Of a stretch of 64,000 nt of DNA, positions 12,525 through 25,724 are shown piece after piece (position 1 is the stretch's first letter; each line of letters begins with the position of its first letter). This DNA is from Guillardia theta CCMP2712. Taxonomy: Eukaryota; Protista; Cryptophyta. Position numbers and translations under genes: made by a program. The notes under the pieces were generated by a model. That model was not told where the DNA came from. It made no database searches and saw only the letters and a program-made list of their open reading frames with translations. Location of the stretch: NCBI RefSeq assembly GCF_000315625.1, contig NW_005434599.1, positions 130,846 to 194,845 on the forward strand. Reading direction: 5' to 3'.

Positions 12525-13784
12525 ATGACAATTCCACCGGAAGCTTCGAAGTTGGCGAACGAGGCCAATGCTGTCTTTGTGGATGAAGATTATGAGACAG
12601 CCCTGGAGCTCTACACCGAGGTGAGAAGGGAACCATCATCACATATCATTACTGACCATCCTGTGAATGCCTTTGCAGGCCATCAAGGTAGCGCCGACTT
12701 CTGCAGACCTGTATGTATCTCGTGCTGTGGTTCACTTGAAGATGGACAATTTTACGAGCGCGATCGCTGATGCCAATAAGGCCATTGAGAATGATCCCCA
12801 GAACTCCAAGGCTTATCTCAGGAAGGGGATAGCATGCTTCAACATGGAGGAATTCGCAACAGCGAAGAAGGCTTTCGAGCAGGGGAAACAGATAGACCCT
12901 GACAACAATCAATTCAAAACCTGGATACGCAAATGCAATGCAGAGCTCGAGGAAGAAATGGCTGGTGATGAGATGCCAGTACCGCATTCCAATGGAACAT
13001 CTGTTGCTCCTGCGCCTGCGCCGGTCCAGAATGTTCCCCAACCGCCCCCTCCAAAGACTGTGCAACGTTTTCGCCATGACTTCATCCAGAATCCCACTTT
13101 CGTAACAGTGACTGTATACATCAAGGGTGCCGATCGTGAAAATTGTGACATCACTTTCGAACCAAGGGCCCTCAGCATTGATTGGACAATTTCCAAGGAT
13201 GACTCTTGGCAGATCAGTTTTGACCCGCTATACGACGAAATCATCCCGGATGAGTCGACTACAAACTTCTACAGCACCAAAGTTGAGATCAAGATGAAGA
13301 AGAAGAATCCTGTGAAATGGGATTCCCTCGAAGTGAAAGCTGATGAGAAACCTCTGGATGAATTGAGTGAGGAGGTATCATCCATCATTACAATCACGAT
13401 CTGATCAGCTGATTTATCTTTTTGGCAGGAAATTAGACGAAGAAGGGATTACTATCCATCTAGCAAGTCGCAAGGTGGAGCAGCGAAGAACTGGGATAAA
13501 ATCTGCAACGAGATCCCTGAGGACAAGTTAGAAGGAGAGGAAGCTCTCAACAGTTTCTTCCAACAAATTTACGGTCGTGGAAGCGATGAGGTTAGTTTGT
13601 GCTGTAGACAACAAAGAGCAATGTGTAACAGATGAAACAGGTGAGACGGGCTATGAACAAGTCATTTCAGGAGAGCGGTGGAACAGTTTTGAGCACGAAC
13701 TGGGGAGAGGTTGGCACCAAACCAGTGGAGGGAACTCCTCCTCAAGGGCTTGAGATGAAGAAGTGGAGCGATCTTCACAACTGA
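12525..13784 (+). CDS. SGT1: SGT1 Hsp90 co-chaperone (TPR-CS-SGS), 4 exons
   Basis: TPR ([19 protein letters not shown]|AI...[11 protein letters not shown]), CS domain ([17 protein letters not shown]...[10 protein letters not shown]...WDSLE), SGS domain (YPSS...NWDK...[14 protein letters not shown]...[20 protein letters not shown]). Confidence 0.95.
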
Positions 13785-13936
13785 GTCTTAGCAAAGGCTA
13801 CTCCACAGGTCTAAAACCTCGATGACTGAGCAAAACATTATCACTTGTTGAGCACGACTGCTTTAATGCTTGCCGAATCTCCTGCTGGTTAGAAAGCCCA
13901 GCACTATGTACAATCTACCATCTTCTCTCTAGCTCC

Positions 13937-14209
13937 TTACAATCCAGCGATCTTGAGAGAATCGTGGTTGTCCTGGGCTGAGTAGTTGCTTCCAGGGATG
14001 ATAGATCCAGAGGCGTAGGGAGTGCTCCGTGCTAACTGGACAGTCTTGTATCCACCGTTCAGCCAGCTGGCAGTGAGCATCTGTGGTCAAAATGTCACGA
14101 TAGATTTTTCTCCATGGCACTAGAGGTAGAAGACCTGCGTCTCCTGTGCCTTCTCGTAGAGTGACTGAGTGATGGGCTTCTTCGAAGAGGTAACAATGTT
14201 CTCAAACAT
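13937..14209 (-). CDS. 72-aa spliced microprotein of unknown function, missed by the ORF track
   Basis: Exon 1 14209-14135 (MFENIVTSSKKPITQSLYEKAQETQ), 54-nt GT-AG intron 14134-14081, exon 2 14080-13937 (MLTASWLNGGYKTVQLARSTPYASGSIIPGSNYSAQDNHDSLKIAGL*). Confidence 0.6.
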
Positions 14210-15339
14210 ACTGTTCCAACGGAGTCAATGAAAGCTGATGTGATAAACGTGCCGATCGGAAAGATCATGTACATCATCATTCAAGAATACATCAATCTCA
14301 ATGCAGGATAGCATTTATGATATCTCAAAACTCACACCAGTATCAGCGGTTTATATGAACATCGGTAACAGAGGAATGCTGTTATTAATGATACCGCCGA
14401 AGGTTGCGAAGAGCAAATGAATGAAATCTATGACCAATTCTAGCGCCAACACTTTTGAATATATTCCTCTTCATCGTTCTCTTCATTTTCTGCGATAAAA
14501 CATTGTTTTCCATCAAAGAAGACAACCTTGCACCTTCTCACTACAATAAATTATCTTCCTCGGCTTTGCCTCAAATATTCTGCCTTCCCAATGATCATAA
14601 CTCTCCTTTCTCAATGAATCATGCATCAAACTATTTCTTTCAGTCGTTTAGAACATGTCGGAGGTATCCCGTCAACCCATGAAAGCAACTTCAGAACATG
14701 AGTTTGTACATTTTCGGCTCGTCTATTTCGGGAACACAAATTCACAACAGTAAAACAGGACACTATATTTGTAAGGGTGGTATGTAAACATTTTGTACTG
14801 TAGGAAGCGCTCAACTGGGGGTAGGGTCATATACCCCAAATTCTACTGCACCTAAAACCTAAAATATGGGGTAGGGTATAGTCAGCCGAGGCGGACTTGG
14901 TTGTGGGCTCGGCTTTTGACCGGCCGGGGGACGGATCGACGGTTACGTCCCCTAAGATATGCTCCAGGGGCCGTAACCGTCAGTACGGTTGAGTAAAAGA
15001 AATGCCGGTAGGGAGCCGGGATGGTCGGGAGGGGGGGGGGAGGGTAAGAAGGAGGAGAAGTGAGGAGAAAGCGAGGCAGTTTGACGAGGAGCAAGGATAG
15101 CTGGATGCAGAGGGCGAGTAATCTGTGGTTTGCAAGATGGGAGGATCCGTTCCTGGCAGGATTTCTGTTGCAGACGGAAAGCGGCCCAAACCTAAACTTG
15201 TAAGTGGACGGCAAGGAGGAGGGAACAGGTGGATGAGGAGCGGCTGTAGGAGCAGATTTTCAAGTCTGTCTTGGTGATAAAAGTTAAGAGTGGGTCGGGC
15301 AAGAAGAGTTTTGGAAGAACCGGGTCCTGAGATTACACA

Positions 15340-17195
15340 ATGGTTGTGCGGACGGAATCGAGTGGTAAAGACAACTGCGAATGCTGGTGGAAGAGTGGCG
15401 GGCAAGCTCTCAAGATCTCGGGCAGCAGCGTCTCCAAGACCAGGGATGCTCCTGACTTCTGCGTCGCCCTCGGTGCCATGGAGTTCGCCAGCGGGACTCA
15501 TGAGTTTGACTTCGGCATCAGCCGAGGGAGCGATTCGGTGGTGCATGTAGGGGTGGCGTCACCGGACCTGGAGCTGGATCAGACGTTCTGCAGGAAGGAG
15601 GCCAGGGACAGAGTGTGGTACTTCTTCGGTTGCGGGTACGTGAACGCGATGAGGAACGGATGGGACGACATCGTGTCCAAGGAGGCGGACGGTACAAAGC
15701 TGCCAAAGCTGCATACCTCAGACAAGGTGCGGCTGCACCTCAACATGGATGAAGGAGAGCTGCGGTTCTCTCTGTTCCGGCCAGAGGAAGGAGGATGGTC
15801 ACAGCTCCCTGGCAAGCTGAGCGGGATCAAGGGGCCGGTCGTTGCTGCCTGTTGCCTACAAGACCGGGCTGTGGTGACATTGAGCGAGGGGGCCAAAGTG
15901 ACCGAGCGGCTCATCACGGTGGACTCGTTGCGGAGGATGAAGGTGGACCGGTATCAGCATGTGACGTCCAGACTGAACTTGGACTTCAACTCTGGGAAGG
16001 GGGGAGGGGAGGAAGTGCCGCCCAAGTCCTCCAAGAGGAGCGCGGCGTCGGCAAGCATGCGGCCAATGTCGCTGTCCACGACCACCATCCCGATCATGGA
16101 CCCGGTGTATATCATGCCTGTGCCTGTGCAGCGAGGAGGATACGCGAGAGCCTCAGTGTCAAAGCTGCAGGAGAACCTTCAGAGGAGGCTGACTTCTGAC
16201 ATCATGATCGGCCCCTCCTTCTCCTACTACGGCGGGGGTGGAGGAACAGGAGGAGCGGTAAAGACTGGGGACCCAAGAGGCACGGTGAAGGCAGTGGAGT
16301 TTGGGGAGAGCGGGTGGTTGAGCCCTGAGAGGACGAGGCAGCAGGGCGGCTCCCAGCCTCTCGGGGGGGAGGACGCTCTGAGATCGCCAGGAGGGAGGGG
16401 CTTGCTTATGACGACGGGGCTAAGGTGTCAGACTTCAGAGAAGAAGAGGAGGAGCTGGGAGGGGAGCGAGGCTACAGCAGCAATGGAGGAGAGGATGCAG
16501 GGGAAGGTGCAGATAGCGGAGAGCATCCTGTTGCACCTGAGGACGAGAGACCAGGCGGAGAATCACCAGCAGCACCAGCAGCATCAGGGCTGGCGAGAAG
16601 CGAACAACTTGCCGAGAGATCCGCCATGGCAGCCCAAGATCACAGTAAAGACGTCCAGGGACAGGTGAAGCGCCATTCTTGACCCCTTCGTCGCCCTCTC
16701 CCCCTTCATCGCCCCGTCGTCGTAGCATCCTTTCTTCCACTCCTCCCCTCTCTTCCCCTCCCCTCCCCTCCCCTCCCCTCCCTGTCGTCCTACTCTTTCC
16801 TTTGCATTCCCAACCTCCTCCCCCATGCTTCCTCCCCTGTCTGTCTTGGATCTTACTTCACGTGTCGCAGGATACGAATCCTCAGCCAGCAGGCGGCAGC
16901 TCAGCAGCGGACGATAGCAGACTCATTCAGGCCAGGAAGGACTCTCAGTCAGACGTCAGTCGACTCGCAACTTGCCCGCAGCCTGAGAAAGCGAAATGGG
17001 TCAATCTATCGGGTGAGGGAGGAAGTGGATGAAGGGCGAGTTCGAGGAAGAGGACGAGGACGACAGCAAGAGCAGGAGGATTGGGGGATAGGAAAGGATG
17101 GAGGAATGGAGGGCTGGATTGGAAAAGGAAAGGGAGAGGGAGAGGGAGGAGGAGCTGACAAGAATGCAGGAGATGAAGACCCTAAGGTTTGGTAA
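15340..17195 (+). CDS. SPRY/B30.2-like domain protein with a long disordered tail
   Basis: 442-aa ORF with GTHEFDFGI..VHVGVA..SDKVRLHLNMDEGELRFS; probable intron ~16664-16870 extends the frame to 17195. The 3' end is tentative (gap nearby). Confidence 0.65.
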
Positions 17196-17393
17196 AGAAG
17201 AACAGAAGGGCGAGGAGGAACGTATGCTGTCAGTCAGCCTCAACGACCTGAGGAAGGAGAACTACAAAGAGGTAGGGGAGAGGATAGACGGCGAGAAGAG
17301 GGGAAGAAGGGGCGGGAGGCGGGGGGAGGGAGGGGAGGAGGGAGGGGAGGGGAGGGGAGGGAGGGGAGGGGAGGGGAGGGGGAGGGAGGGGGA

Positions 17394-17881
17394 NNNNNNN
17401 NNNNNNNNNNNNNNNNNNNNNNNNNNNNNNNNNNNNNNNNNNNNNNNNNNNNNNNNNNNNNNNNNNNNNNNNNNNNNNNNNNNNNNNNNNNNNNNNNNNN
17501 NNNNNNNNNNNNNNNNNNNNNNNNNNNNNNNNNNNNNNNNNNNNNNNNNNNNNNNNNNNNNNNNNNNNNNNNNNNNNNNNNNNNNNNNNNNNNNNNNNNN
17601 NNNNNNNNNNNNNNNNNNNNNNNNNNNNNNNNNNNNNNNNNNNNNNNNNNNNNNNNNNNNNNNNNNNNNNNNNNNNNNNNNNNNNNNNNNNNNNNNNNNN
17701 NNNNNNNNNNNNNNNNNNNNNNNNNNNNNNNNNNNNNNNNNNNNNNNNNNNNNNNNNNNNNNNNNNNNNNNNNNNNNNNNNNNNNNNNNNNNNNNNNNNN
17801 NNNNNNNNNNNNNNNNNNNNNNNNNNNNNNNNNNNNNNNNNNNNNNNNNNNNNNNNNNNNNNNNNNNNNNNNNNNNNNNNN
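17394..17881. other. Assembly gap
   Basis: Run of N. Confidence 1.
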
Positions 17882-18164
17882 TCTTCAGGAGATCAAGGGG
17901 CCGTGAGCGCTCCTCTCTCAACCATTCCCGTTCTCCATCACTTTCCTATGTGCCCCCTCCCAGATTCCCCCAGTCATCTTTCCCCCTTCTTCACCATGGG
18001 TATTAGGTGGTCCTTATCTTTTCCGCCACCCCTTCCCCCTCCCCCCCCCACCTGCCTCCCTTCCTTCTGTCCATCTCCCTCCTTCCTTATCTCATCTCCC
18101 CTCCCCTCCCCCTCCCCTCTCCCTCCCTCCCTCCCTCCCTCCCTCCCTCCCTCCCTCCCTCCCT

Positions 18165-19210
18165 CCTCACTTCAGCAACAGGTGATCGCATGTTCCTCGT
18201 GTCGTAGATCTTGACCGTCTCGTCGTAACTTCCCACCGCCAGGCAGTGCTGCAGGGCCGCGTGGCTCTGAATGCAAGTCACCTGCCACTGTTCAGCTCCT
18301 TCTCCTCCCGCACAGCTTGCGGTACCCCTGCTTGAAAGCTCCTCCTGTCCGCATGCAACAGGGTACTTCCTCCTCCTCTCAGGTCCCAACACTTCAGCAA
18401 CCCGTCGTCTGCCCCACTGTACATGACATCCTCAGCATGGCAGTCCCACGACGCTATCCAGCACTCCAGCTCGTGCCCCTCCACCTCCCCCGCAGAGCAG
18501 AGGGTCCCATCGCTCCTCATCTGCACCAGACAGACCTTTCCCTCCGACATGCTCACAGCCGCACACCTCCTCCTCCTCTCCGCACTGCAGCGATCGTTCC
18601 AGTCCAGAGACAGTGCGAGGGACCCTGGGGTGTTGCTGCAGCGAAAGGACGACTCCAGCCGCAAGCCTCTCCCTCCTCCCTCCTCCTCTCCTAGAGCATA
18701 CACATGGAGACACCCATCCGCCCCTGCCTGCCCCAGCACGCTCCGCATGCTTGCAGAGTATCCACTCCACTTGATGTCGAACACACCAGGGGCATCCAGC
18801 GCGTGGAGGGAGCGGACGGAGGGGGTCTGACCTTCTGCTCCGCCTGCATCCTCGTCCTGCTCATCGACTGTGAGCGTGTAGAGGCGGCCATGACGCGTCT
18901 GTGACGCTGCCTGCCAGACAACAAGTAAGGGACGAGCAACAGCAGGAAGTGGCAAGTCAGGACACGGCAGGTCGTCGGCAAGATCTCATGGTCACATGTC
19001 ACGTGCTTCCATCACACGCAGCGCTCACATCTCTCCCTTCATGCCCTTCTGCCAGCTGATACGTCCCTGCTATCAGAGTGTTCTCTTCCCCGGGCGCCGT
19101 GCAGAACTCCACGGCATCTGCCAGCTTGTTAGACTCGCAAAGCACTGCTGTGTCGTGCCTGCGTTCAAGATGGTGTCGAACTGATGTTGACACAGAGCAC
19201 TGCTGCTCAT
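18165..19210 (-). CDS. DPH7: DPH7/WDR85 diphthamide biosynthesis WD40 protein (3' end lost in low-quality sequence or gap)
   Basis: FDTILNADAVEFC, LIAGTYQL, GVFDIKW, LALSLDWN, HELECWIASWD, MYSGADDG, AGVTCIQS, LAVGSYDETVKIYDTRNM. Confidence 0.88.
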
Positions 19211-20516
19211 CCTATGCTGGGATGCTGAAGACACAACAAGGTGCAGGAGGACGAAGGGGAGCCAGCGGCGAGAAATGTTTATCGAAGATCGGAGGCCTGT
19301 ATACGTAACAGTGAACAAATCTAACAAGCATCTCACTGCCAACCTCTCAACATATCATCAACACTCCTCCTGCTCATCCTCTCTTGTTCCTCTCATAATC
19401 TCCACTCCTCCTCCACCACCACCACCTTCTCCTCCTCCTCCTCCTCCTCCTCCTCCCTCCCTCCCTCCCTCCCTCTTCTTCGAGTCGCCCAACCCCCCCA
19501 CCACCATGCGCCTAATCCGGCCCACCCCTTTGCCAATACTACCCCCCACAGCTCCTAGCAAAGGACCCATACAAATTCATCACCCACACTGCTAGCAGAA
19601 CTACCCTCCGTAAGTACCTCCGATGAAGGGGTCCTTGGGGTACCCTACCCCGTAAATTGGGGAAACTTACCCCACTGGAGCCTACTACCGTCCTCTTCGA
19701 CAACCCCTCCCAGTGATCTACTACCCCCAAATACCAATGAAATAAGTGTCGAAAGTACCGGTGTCATCAACGCCTCACCCCTTGGAGTAAAGTACCCTAC
19801 CCACCCGGAATAACTTGGCCGCCCATGACACCAATGCTGGAGCTGGCGGAGGGAGAGAGGAGGAGCGGGAGGAAGGAGGAGGACGAGGGGCGAAGGATGA
19901 GAACGCGGAAGAGTTTGAACTCTAGCTGGAGTAGCTTGAACTTAGGGAGCAAGAGCGGAAGGGGCACGAACATGGACGGTTGCCTTGTGAAAATTCACCA
20001 AGAAGTTGTGCAGGAGCAGGAATAGAAGCAGGGGGGCTAGGGAGCGTAAAGGCCTGCAAAAGGAGGAAGATTAATGCAGATAATGTAAAGGATGCATGAA
20101 GGATGAGTAGAATCATATTTGATGATCAGAAAAGTATGCATCAAAGTGATAGTACTTTTGGTGGGGAAAGCCTGGTGGGCGAGGGAGGGAGCGAGCGAGC
20201 GAGAGGAATGCGTTGAAAATCGATTGCGCATTTGTTTATTAACCATCTTCTGTGAGTGCAATCAGTGTGAACGAGAGCAAAGGAGCTGTAGGGATTTCAA
20301 GTTTAAAAATGCAACTGTCGAACTAGGGCATATCTCATTAGTTTAAGAATCGAAAGACAACAACCTATGGTTGTTGGCAGACATCTGATTTGAAAATTCG
20401 ATTGACGCCATGCTGAGTTTGACTTGCGAGAGAAACAAGAATTGTTTCTTCTCCTGCTCTGTCTCCACCTTCACCGTTGGTATGGCCTGACTTCGGCTCT
20501 TCTAGACTTTTTCCGC

Positions 20517-21882
20517 ATGGGCGAGCGAACGCGGCGGCCGCTGCAGCTGCAGGTACCAGCGATGGCACGAGAGTCATCCTTCAACATTGGCGAGAGCGAG
20601 GGAGGTAGGAAGGACCATGGGAGATGCAGAGAGCTGACGTTGCTTCCCCTGCCTCAGGTCAAACCTACTCGTTCCAAGACACGGACCCCAACAGCGGGAC
20701 TTCGAAGATCGTCACGATCCCGCAGCAAGGAGACCAGGGGTTCAGGCTGTCGCAGTTCGTGCTAGGGCCGGAGTTAGGAAGAGGGGAGGGTGGAGGGGTG
20801 AGGATCGCAACGCACATACCAACGGAGAAGCAGTTTGCGCTGAAAGAGATCAGCATCGGGTCCAAAGGGCATCGGGAGCAGCTAATGAAGGAGCTGCAGA
20901 CTCATCGGGGGTGCGGGAGGATGCAAGACATCGTGGAGCTGTACGATGTGTTCTACGAGGAGGGGAGGGTGTACCTGGTGCTAGAGCTCATGGACTGGGG
21001 ATCGCTGCAGGTGCTGCTGCAGCAGCAGGCGGAGCGGAGGGCGAGGATGGACGAGCGGGTGCTGTCGGTGATCCTGAACAAGATCACCCGGGCCCTTCAC
21101 TTCCTCCACGACCAGCACCGGCTGATCCACCGCGACCTGAAGCCTGCCAACGTGGTGATGGGGACGGAGGGAGTGGTGAAGCTGAGCGACTTCGGCGTCA
21201 GTCGCGTGCTGGACCAGGATGCCAAGGGGGTTACTTGGGTGGGAACGGTGGGGTACATGAGCCCGGAGAGGCTGCAGGGGAACCAGTACTCGATGAAGGC
21301 AGACATCTGGTCGGTCGGCATCATCGCCATCGAGTGCGCGCTGGGTCACCATCCCTACATGCGCAGCGACGGTCAGGAGTCGCCGCTGTTCGAGATCATG
21401 CAGAGGGTGGTCAACGAGGACGTGCCGATCCCGCAGGGGAGCGGGCTCTCCCCGCAGCTAGAAGACTTCATCAAGTGCTGCCTGCAGAAGGACGAGGACA
21501 TGCGGTGGTCGGCGGAGCAGCTGCTGCAGCATCCCTTTCTCAAGGAGCCCAACCTCGCCCCTGCTGACCAGGATGCGATCATGCGCTGGTGGCTGGGTCA
21601 GTACAGCAGGCCCAAGTTCTATGATGACTACGGGAATGAGTTCATCATAGGGAGTGGGGCGCAGCACCTCAAGGTCCTCCCCTCCCTCCCTCCCTCCCTC
21701 CCTCCCTCCCTACTCTTCCCTTCTATGTCCTCAATCTTCCTCGTCCACTCTTCCCTTGTCTACACCTTTCCCCCCTCCCTCTTCCCCTCCTCTCCCTCAT
21801 TTGAACCCTCCCCACTCATCATCATCATCATCATCATCATCTGACTCTGCGCCAGGGGGCGGGCGACATGATGATGGAGTAG
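20517..21882 (+). CDS. MAP kinase kinase (STE7/MKK family)
   Basis: N-terminal D-site RTRRPLQLQV; LGRGEGGGV, FALKEI, HRDLKPAN, LSDFGVS, TWVGTVGYMSPERL, ADIWSVG; introns near 20605-20657 and 21674-21855. Confidence 0.92.
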
Positions 21883-22158
21883 TGGTAGACGACGCTAAGG
21901 AAGGAGCGGCAAAAGGCGACTTGGATGCGACGATGGAGAAGCAGTGCTAGGTAAGGATGGATGGGAGACTAGAAGAAGAGGAGGAGGCGAGTGAGAGGAG
22001 GAGGAGGAGGAGGAGGAGGAGAAAGGGGAGCGAGTCAGGGTCTTGATTCTTTTGATTTCTGTGTGTGGAACTGAAAGTGTCTTCACACGTTTGTCTCCTT
22101 TTATAAACAGTATTGATACACCGCCTCCTCCATATCCTCCCTCCTCCCTCTTCGTCAA

Positions 22159-25100
22159 TCAGGCTCCACGAGTGAGCACAAGCTGAAGCGGCTTGCCGTC
22201 GCTGCGACCCTGCCGCCTGTAGGGAGTGAGACCGAAGGAGAAGAAGGAGAAGAAGAGGACTGGCGGGACCAGAGGAAGGGGAGGGAGGAGAGAGAGAGNN
22301 NNNNNNNNNNNNNNNNNNNNNNNNNNNNNNNNNNNNNNNNNNNNNNNNNNNNNNNNNNNNNNNNNNNNNNNNNNNNNNNNNNNNNNNNNNNNNNNNNNNN
22401 NNNNNNNNNNNNNNNNNNNNNNNNNNNNNNNNNNNNNNNNNNNNNNNNNNNNNNNNNNNNNNNNNNNNNNNNNNNNNNNNNNNNNNNNNNNNNNNNNNNN
22501 NNNNNNNNNNNNNNNNNNNNNNNNNNNNNNNNNNNNNNNNNNNNNNNNNNNNNNNNNNNNNNNNNNNNNNNNNNNNNNNNNNNNNNNNNNNNNNNNNNNN
22601 NNNNNNNNNNNNNNNNNNNNNNNNNNNNNNNNNNNNNNNNNNNNNNNNNNNNNNNNNNNNNNNNNNNNNNNNNNNNNNNNNNNNNNNNNNNNNNNNNNNN
22701 NNNNNNNNNNNNNNNNNNNNNNNNNNNNNNNNNNNNNNNNNNNNNNNNNNNNNNNNNNNNNNNNNNNNNNNNNNNNNNNNNNNNNNNNNNNNNNNNNNNN
22801 NNNNNNNNNNNNNNNNNNNNNNNNNNNNNNNNNNNNNNNNNNNNNNNNNNNNNNNNNNNNNNNNNNNNNNNNNNNNNNNNNNNNNGGGGGGAGGGACGAG
22901 GCAGGAGGCAGGAGGAGGCGCTGAAAGTTCACCGCACGGTCAGCTGAACTTTTGAGCCTCGAGGCCCGCAGACCATGCGGGCGATGAGGTCTATGCTCCT
23001 CCCGGAGACGTTGACGCCGTCAACCTCAAGGAGTTCCTGCAAGGAAGTTGAGGAAGAGAAGAAACAAGGACAGGACAGGACAGGACAGGACAGGACAGGA
23101 CAGGACAGGACAGGACAGGACAGGACAGGACAGGACAGGACAGGACGGGACAGGACGGGACGGGACAGGAAGCATCAACGTTGAGGTCATTCAGGAGGGA
23201 CATCAAAGAAGAGACATGTTGGACGAATGGAGCAAGAGGATGACAAGAGGGGGAGGAAAGCAGTTGTTGATCCTCACATCTCCTATCTTGATCTCTCCTG
23301 AGCGAGCAGCAGGGAAGTCGGAGAACAATTCGGAGACGAGGAAACGCCCCGACCGATCCTCCACAACTCTCATTCCAACTCCGACGTCCTCCCTATGAGT
23401 CTGCGAAATGATTATTGCACCTTCCTCTTCCTCCTCCTACTCCTCCTCCTCCTCAGCATCCTCCTCCTCCTACTCCTCCTCCTCAGCATCATACTCCCCC
23501 TCCTCCTCAGCATCCTACTCCCCCTCCTCCTCAGCCTCCTGCTCCTCCTCCTCCTTGCCCATTCCATACCATCCAAGCTCAGCTGATACCTTCCTGCTCC
23601 TCTCTACTTTCTCCTCCTCACTTCCTCTCATCCAGTCAAACCTCGCGATGTGCAAGAGATCCTGAACGATTCCCAGCAGAAGTTCCTGAGCACAGGGTAA
23701 ATACGAGCATCAGCCATGGAAACGGGAGGAGGTCGAGGAGGACGAGGACGAGGAGAACGTGGGGGATGTAGAGGACGTGGAAGACGTGGAGGACGAGGTA
23801 GACACCTGGTTCCTTGCTGAGAGTGCCGAGGACACTGTTCTGAAAGCGAGCAGGAGGAGTCGGATGAGAGAAAAACGGAGAAAGAGAAGGGCAAAGAGAG
23901 GAAGGGCGAGGTGACAAGAGGGCTGGGGAGGAAGAGAGGAGACATGTTATGGAGCGGGGCGATGAGAGGAGGAGAAAGGAAGCAGGGGGGGGAGGGGAGG
24001 GGGGGCGGACCTGTTGCGATGACGATAGCGGTGTTATTCCATCGTTGCCATTGGAAGAAATTTTAGAGACGTTCTGAGATATTTGATGAGGAGGTGAAAG
24101 TCGTTGAGATTTCTCTCTCACTTCACTCTTTATCTTCGCAATCTCAAGTGCATCGTAAGCAGCTTGAGTTTCTAAGATCCAAAGCTGAGGAATCGTTAGC
24201 TTAGGAATCTCCTCCTCCTCCTCCCCCTCCCCTCTCCTCCTGCTCCTGCTCGTGCTCGTGTTCCTGCTCCCCATGCTCCTCCTCCACCTCCTCCTCCTCC
24301 TCCTGCCATTGCCTCACCTGATCCTCCAGCTCCTGACATGTGTTTTCGCTCTCAAGGAGCCGCATCCTGTAATCATCGACAGCGACTTTCATCTGATCCC
24401 TCAGCAGCTTCTCTGTCTGCAGCGAGGCCGACAGGCTCTGCACTTGAGACAGCAGCTCCTCCCTCTCGCCCTGCACATCCTCCCGTCACAACTCCACAAG
24501 CAACAGCTGGAGCTCGTGCCACCTGCAACTGAGCCAGGCTCCTCTCCAGCTGCGTCTTCTGCTTCAGAGCATCCTCCTCCTTCACTTCGTCCTCGACCTT
24601 GCTGTGCTCCGCTTCCATCGCTGCCTTCGCAGCGCGTGCGAGCTCCGCCCTCAGCCATTCCGCCTCCATCTTCTGATCCTTCACCTCCTCCCGGACCATC
24701 GCTAAGGTGAGAGCGATACTTTGGTTCTCCTCCCTCAGCAGCAGCATCTCCCTCTTCAGAGTCTCGTGCCTCTCCAACAGCGAAAGTCCGTCCGAAGGTT
24801 TCCAGCCCGTCAAGGTCCCGGAGGGAACCACGTCGTCTGATTGACCAAAGAACTTTCTACGAGTCTGAACGTGGAACACGACTCCTCCTCCTCCTCCTCC
24901 TCCTCCTCCTCCTCCTCCTTCTGTCATTTCTTCTCCTCCTCCCTCCCGTTGCCGTCCTTTGCGGAAGCTCAGAGTGACCCTGCTTCCTTCTCCTCCTAGC
25001 AGCATCCTGCGCAGCAATGACGTGGGAAGGCCGGACAAGTCCTCCCCATCGATGCCGACCAGCAAGTCTCCCACCTCAACTGCACAAAGACGTTCGTCAT

Positions 25101-25312
25101 GTCAAGGAGTAGACAGAGCGAGGGCAGGGGCGAGCAACACCTTCCACGTCCTCTTGCCCGGCGAAGTCAGAAGGCGCCCCGAAGATCTTACGGACGGCGG
25201 CATACTTGTCGCCATAATGCATCGAGAAAGTCAGCCCCACTCCAGCTCGACGGCATTCCGGCGGGGCGTCTGGTTTCAGCTGATATCCACCTTCAGCTTC
25301 CACATCCATCAT
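22159..25312 (-). CDS. Two-PDZ-domain coiled-coil scaffold protein
   Basis: PDZ1 GVGLTF...VEVGDLLVGIDG...LLGGEGSRVTLSFRK; central coiled coil; PDZ2 VGVGMRV...PAARSGEIKIGD|ELLEVDGVNV...CGPRGSKVQLTVR|RQ...LQLVLTRGA*. Confidence 0.75.
22299..22885. other. Assembly gap, apparently within the last intron of the PDZ gene
   Basis: Run of N; flanking exons join in frame. Confidence 1.
23068..23170. repeat. (GGACA)n pentanucleotide microsatellite, intronic
   Basis: About 20 units by inspection. Confidence 0.95.
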
Positions 25313-25724
25313 GTCAGCTCAGCCCCCGGCAGTCCTCTTGCCTCTCAGTCCTCTTGCGTCTCCGACCTCTTGCGTCTCAGGATCCGTTCACAGCCGCACT
25401 GTCACTCGCGCCGTCGTCAAGCTTCCTCAGAGGCTGCACTGCATGAAGAACTTGCGCCTGCAAACGAGCCGGAACTCTTGTCAGTAGCAGGTCACCTGCT
25501 CCTCTTGCCGGTCAGCGGCCTCAGTTCTACTGATCTACCCTCGCCTCTCGGGCCTCTCCTCGCCTGGCCTCGCTTCAAGGCTTCCTGGTTCCCCCAGTCC
25601 CCTGCCTCAGAGTCTTTTCCTCTCCCCTCATTTCTCTCCTCCCCTCTCCTCAGGACCTCCTCCTCTCTCCTCTAAACTTCTCTAGTCAAAACATTGACAG
25701 GAACTTCAAAAAAAAGGTCAATAA

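Noticed and set aside
17882-18060. DPH7 appears to lose its GGGVWRxKW motif (pseudogene?)
   Set aside because: The sequence abuts a gap and looks like a degraded read end, so it cannot be interpreted biologically.
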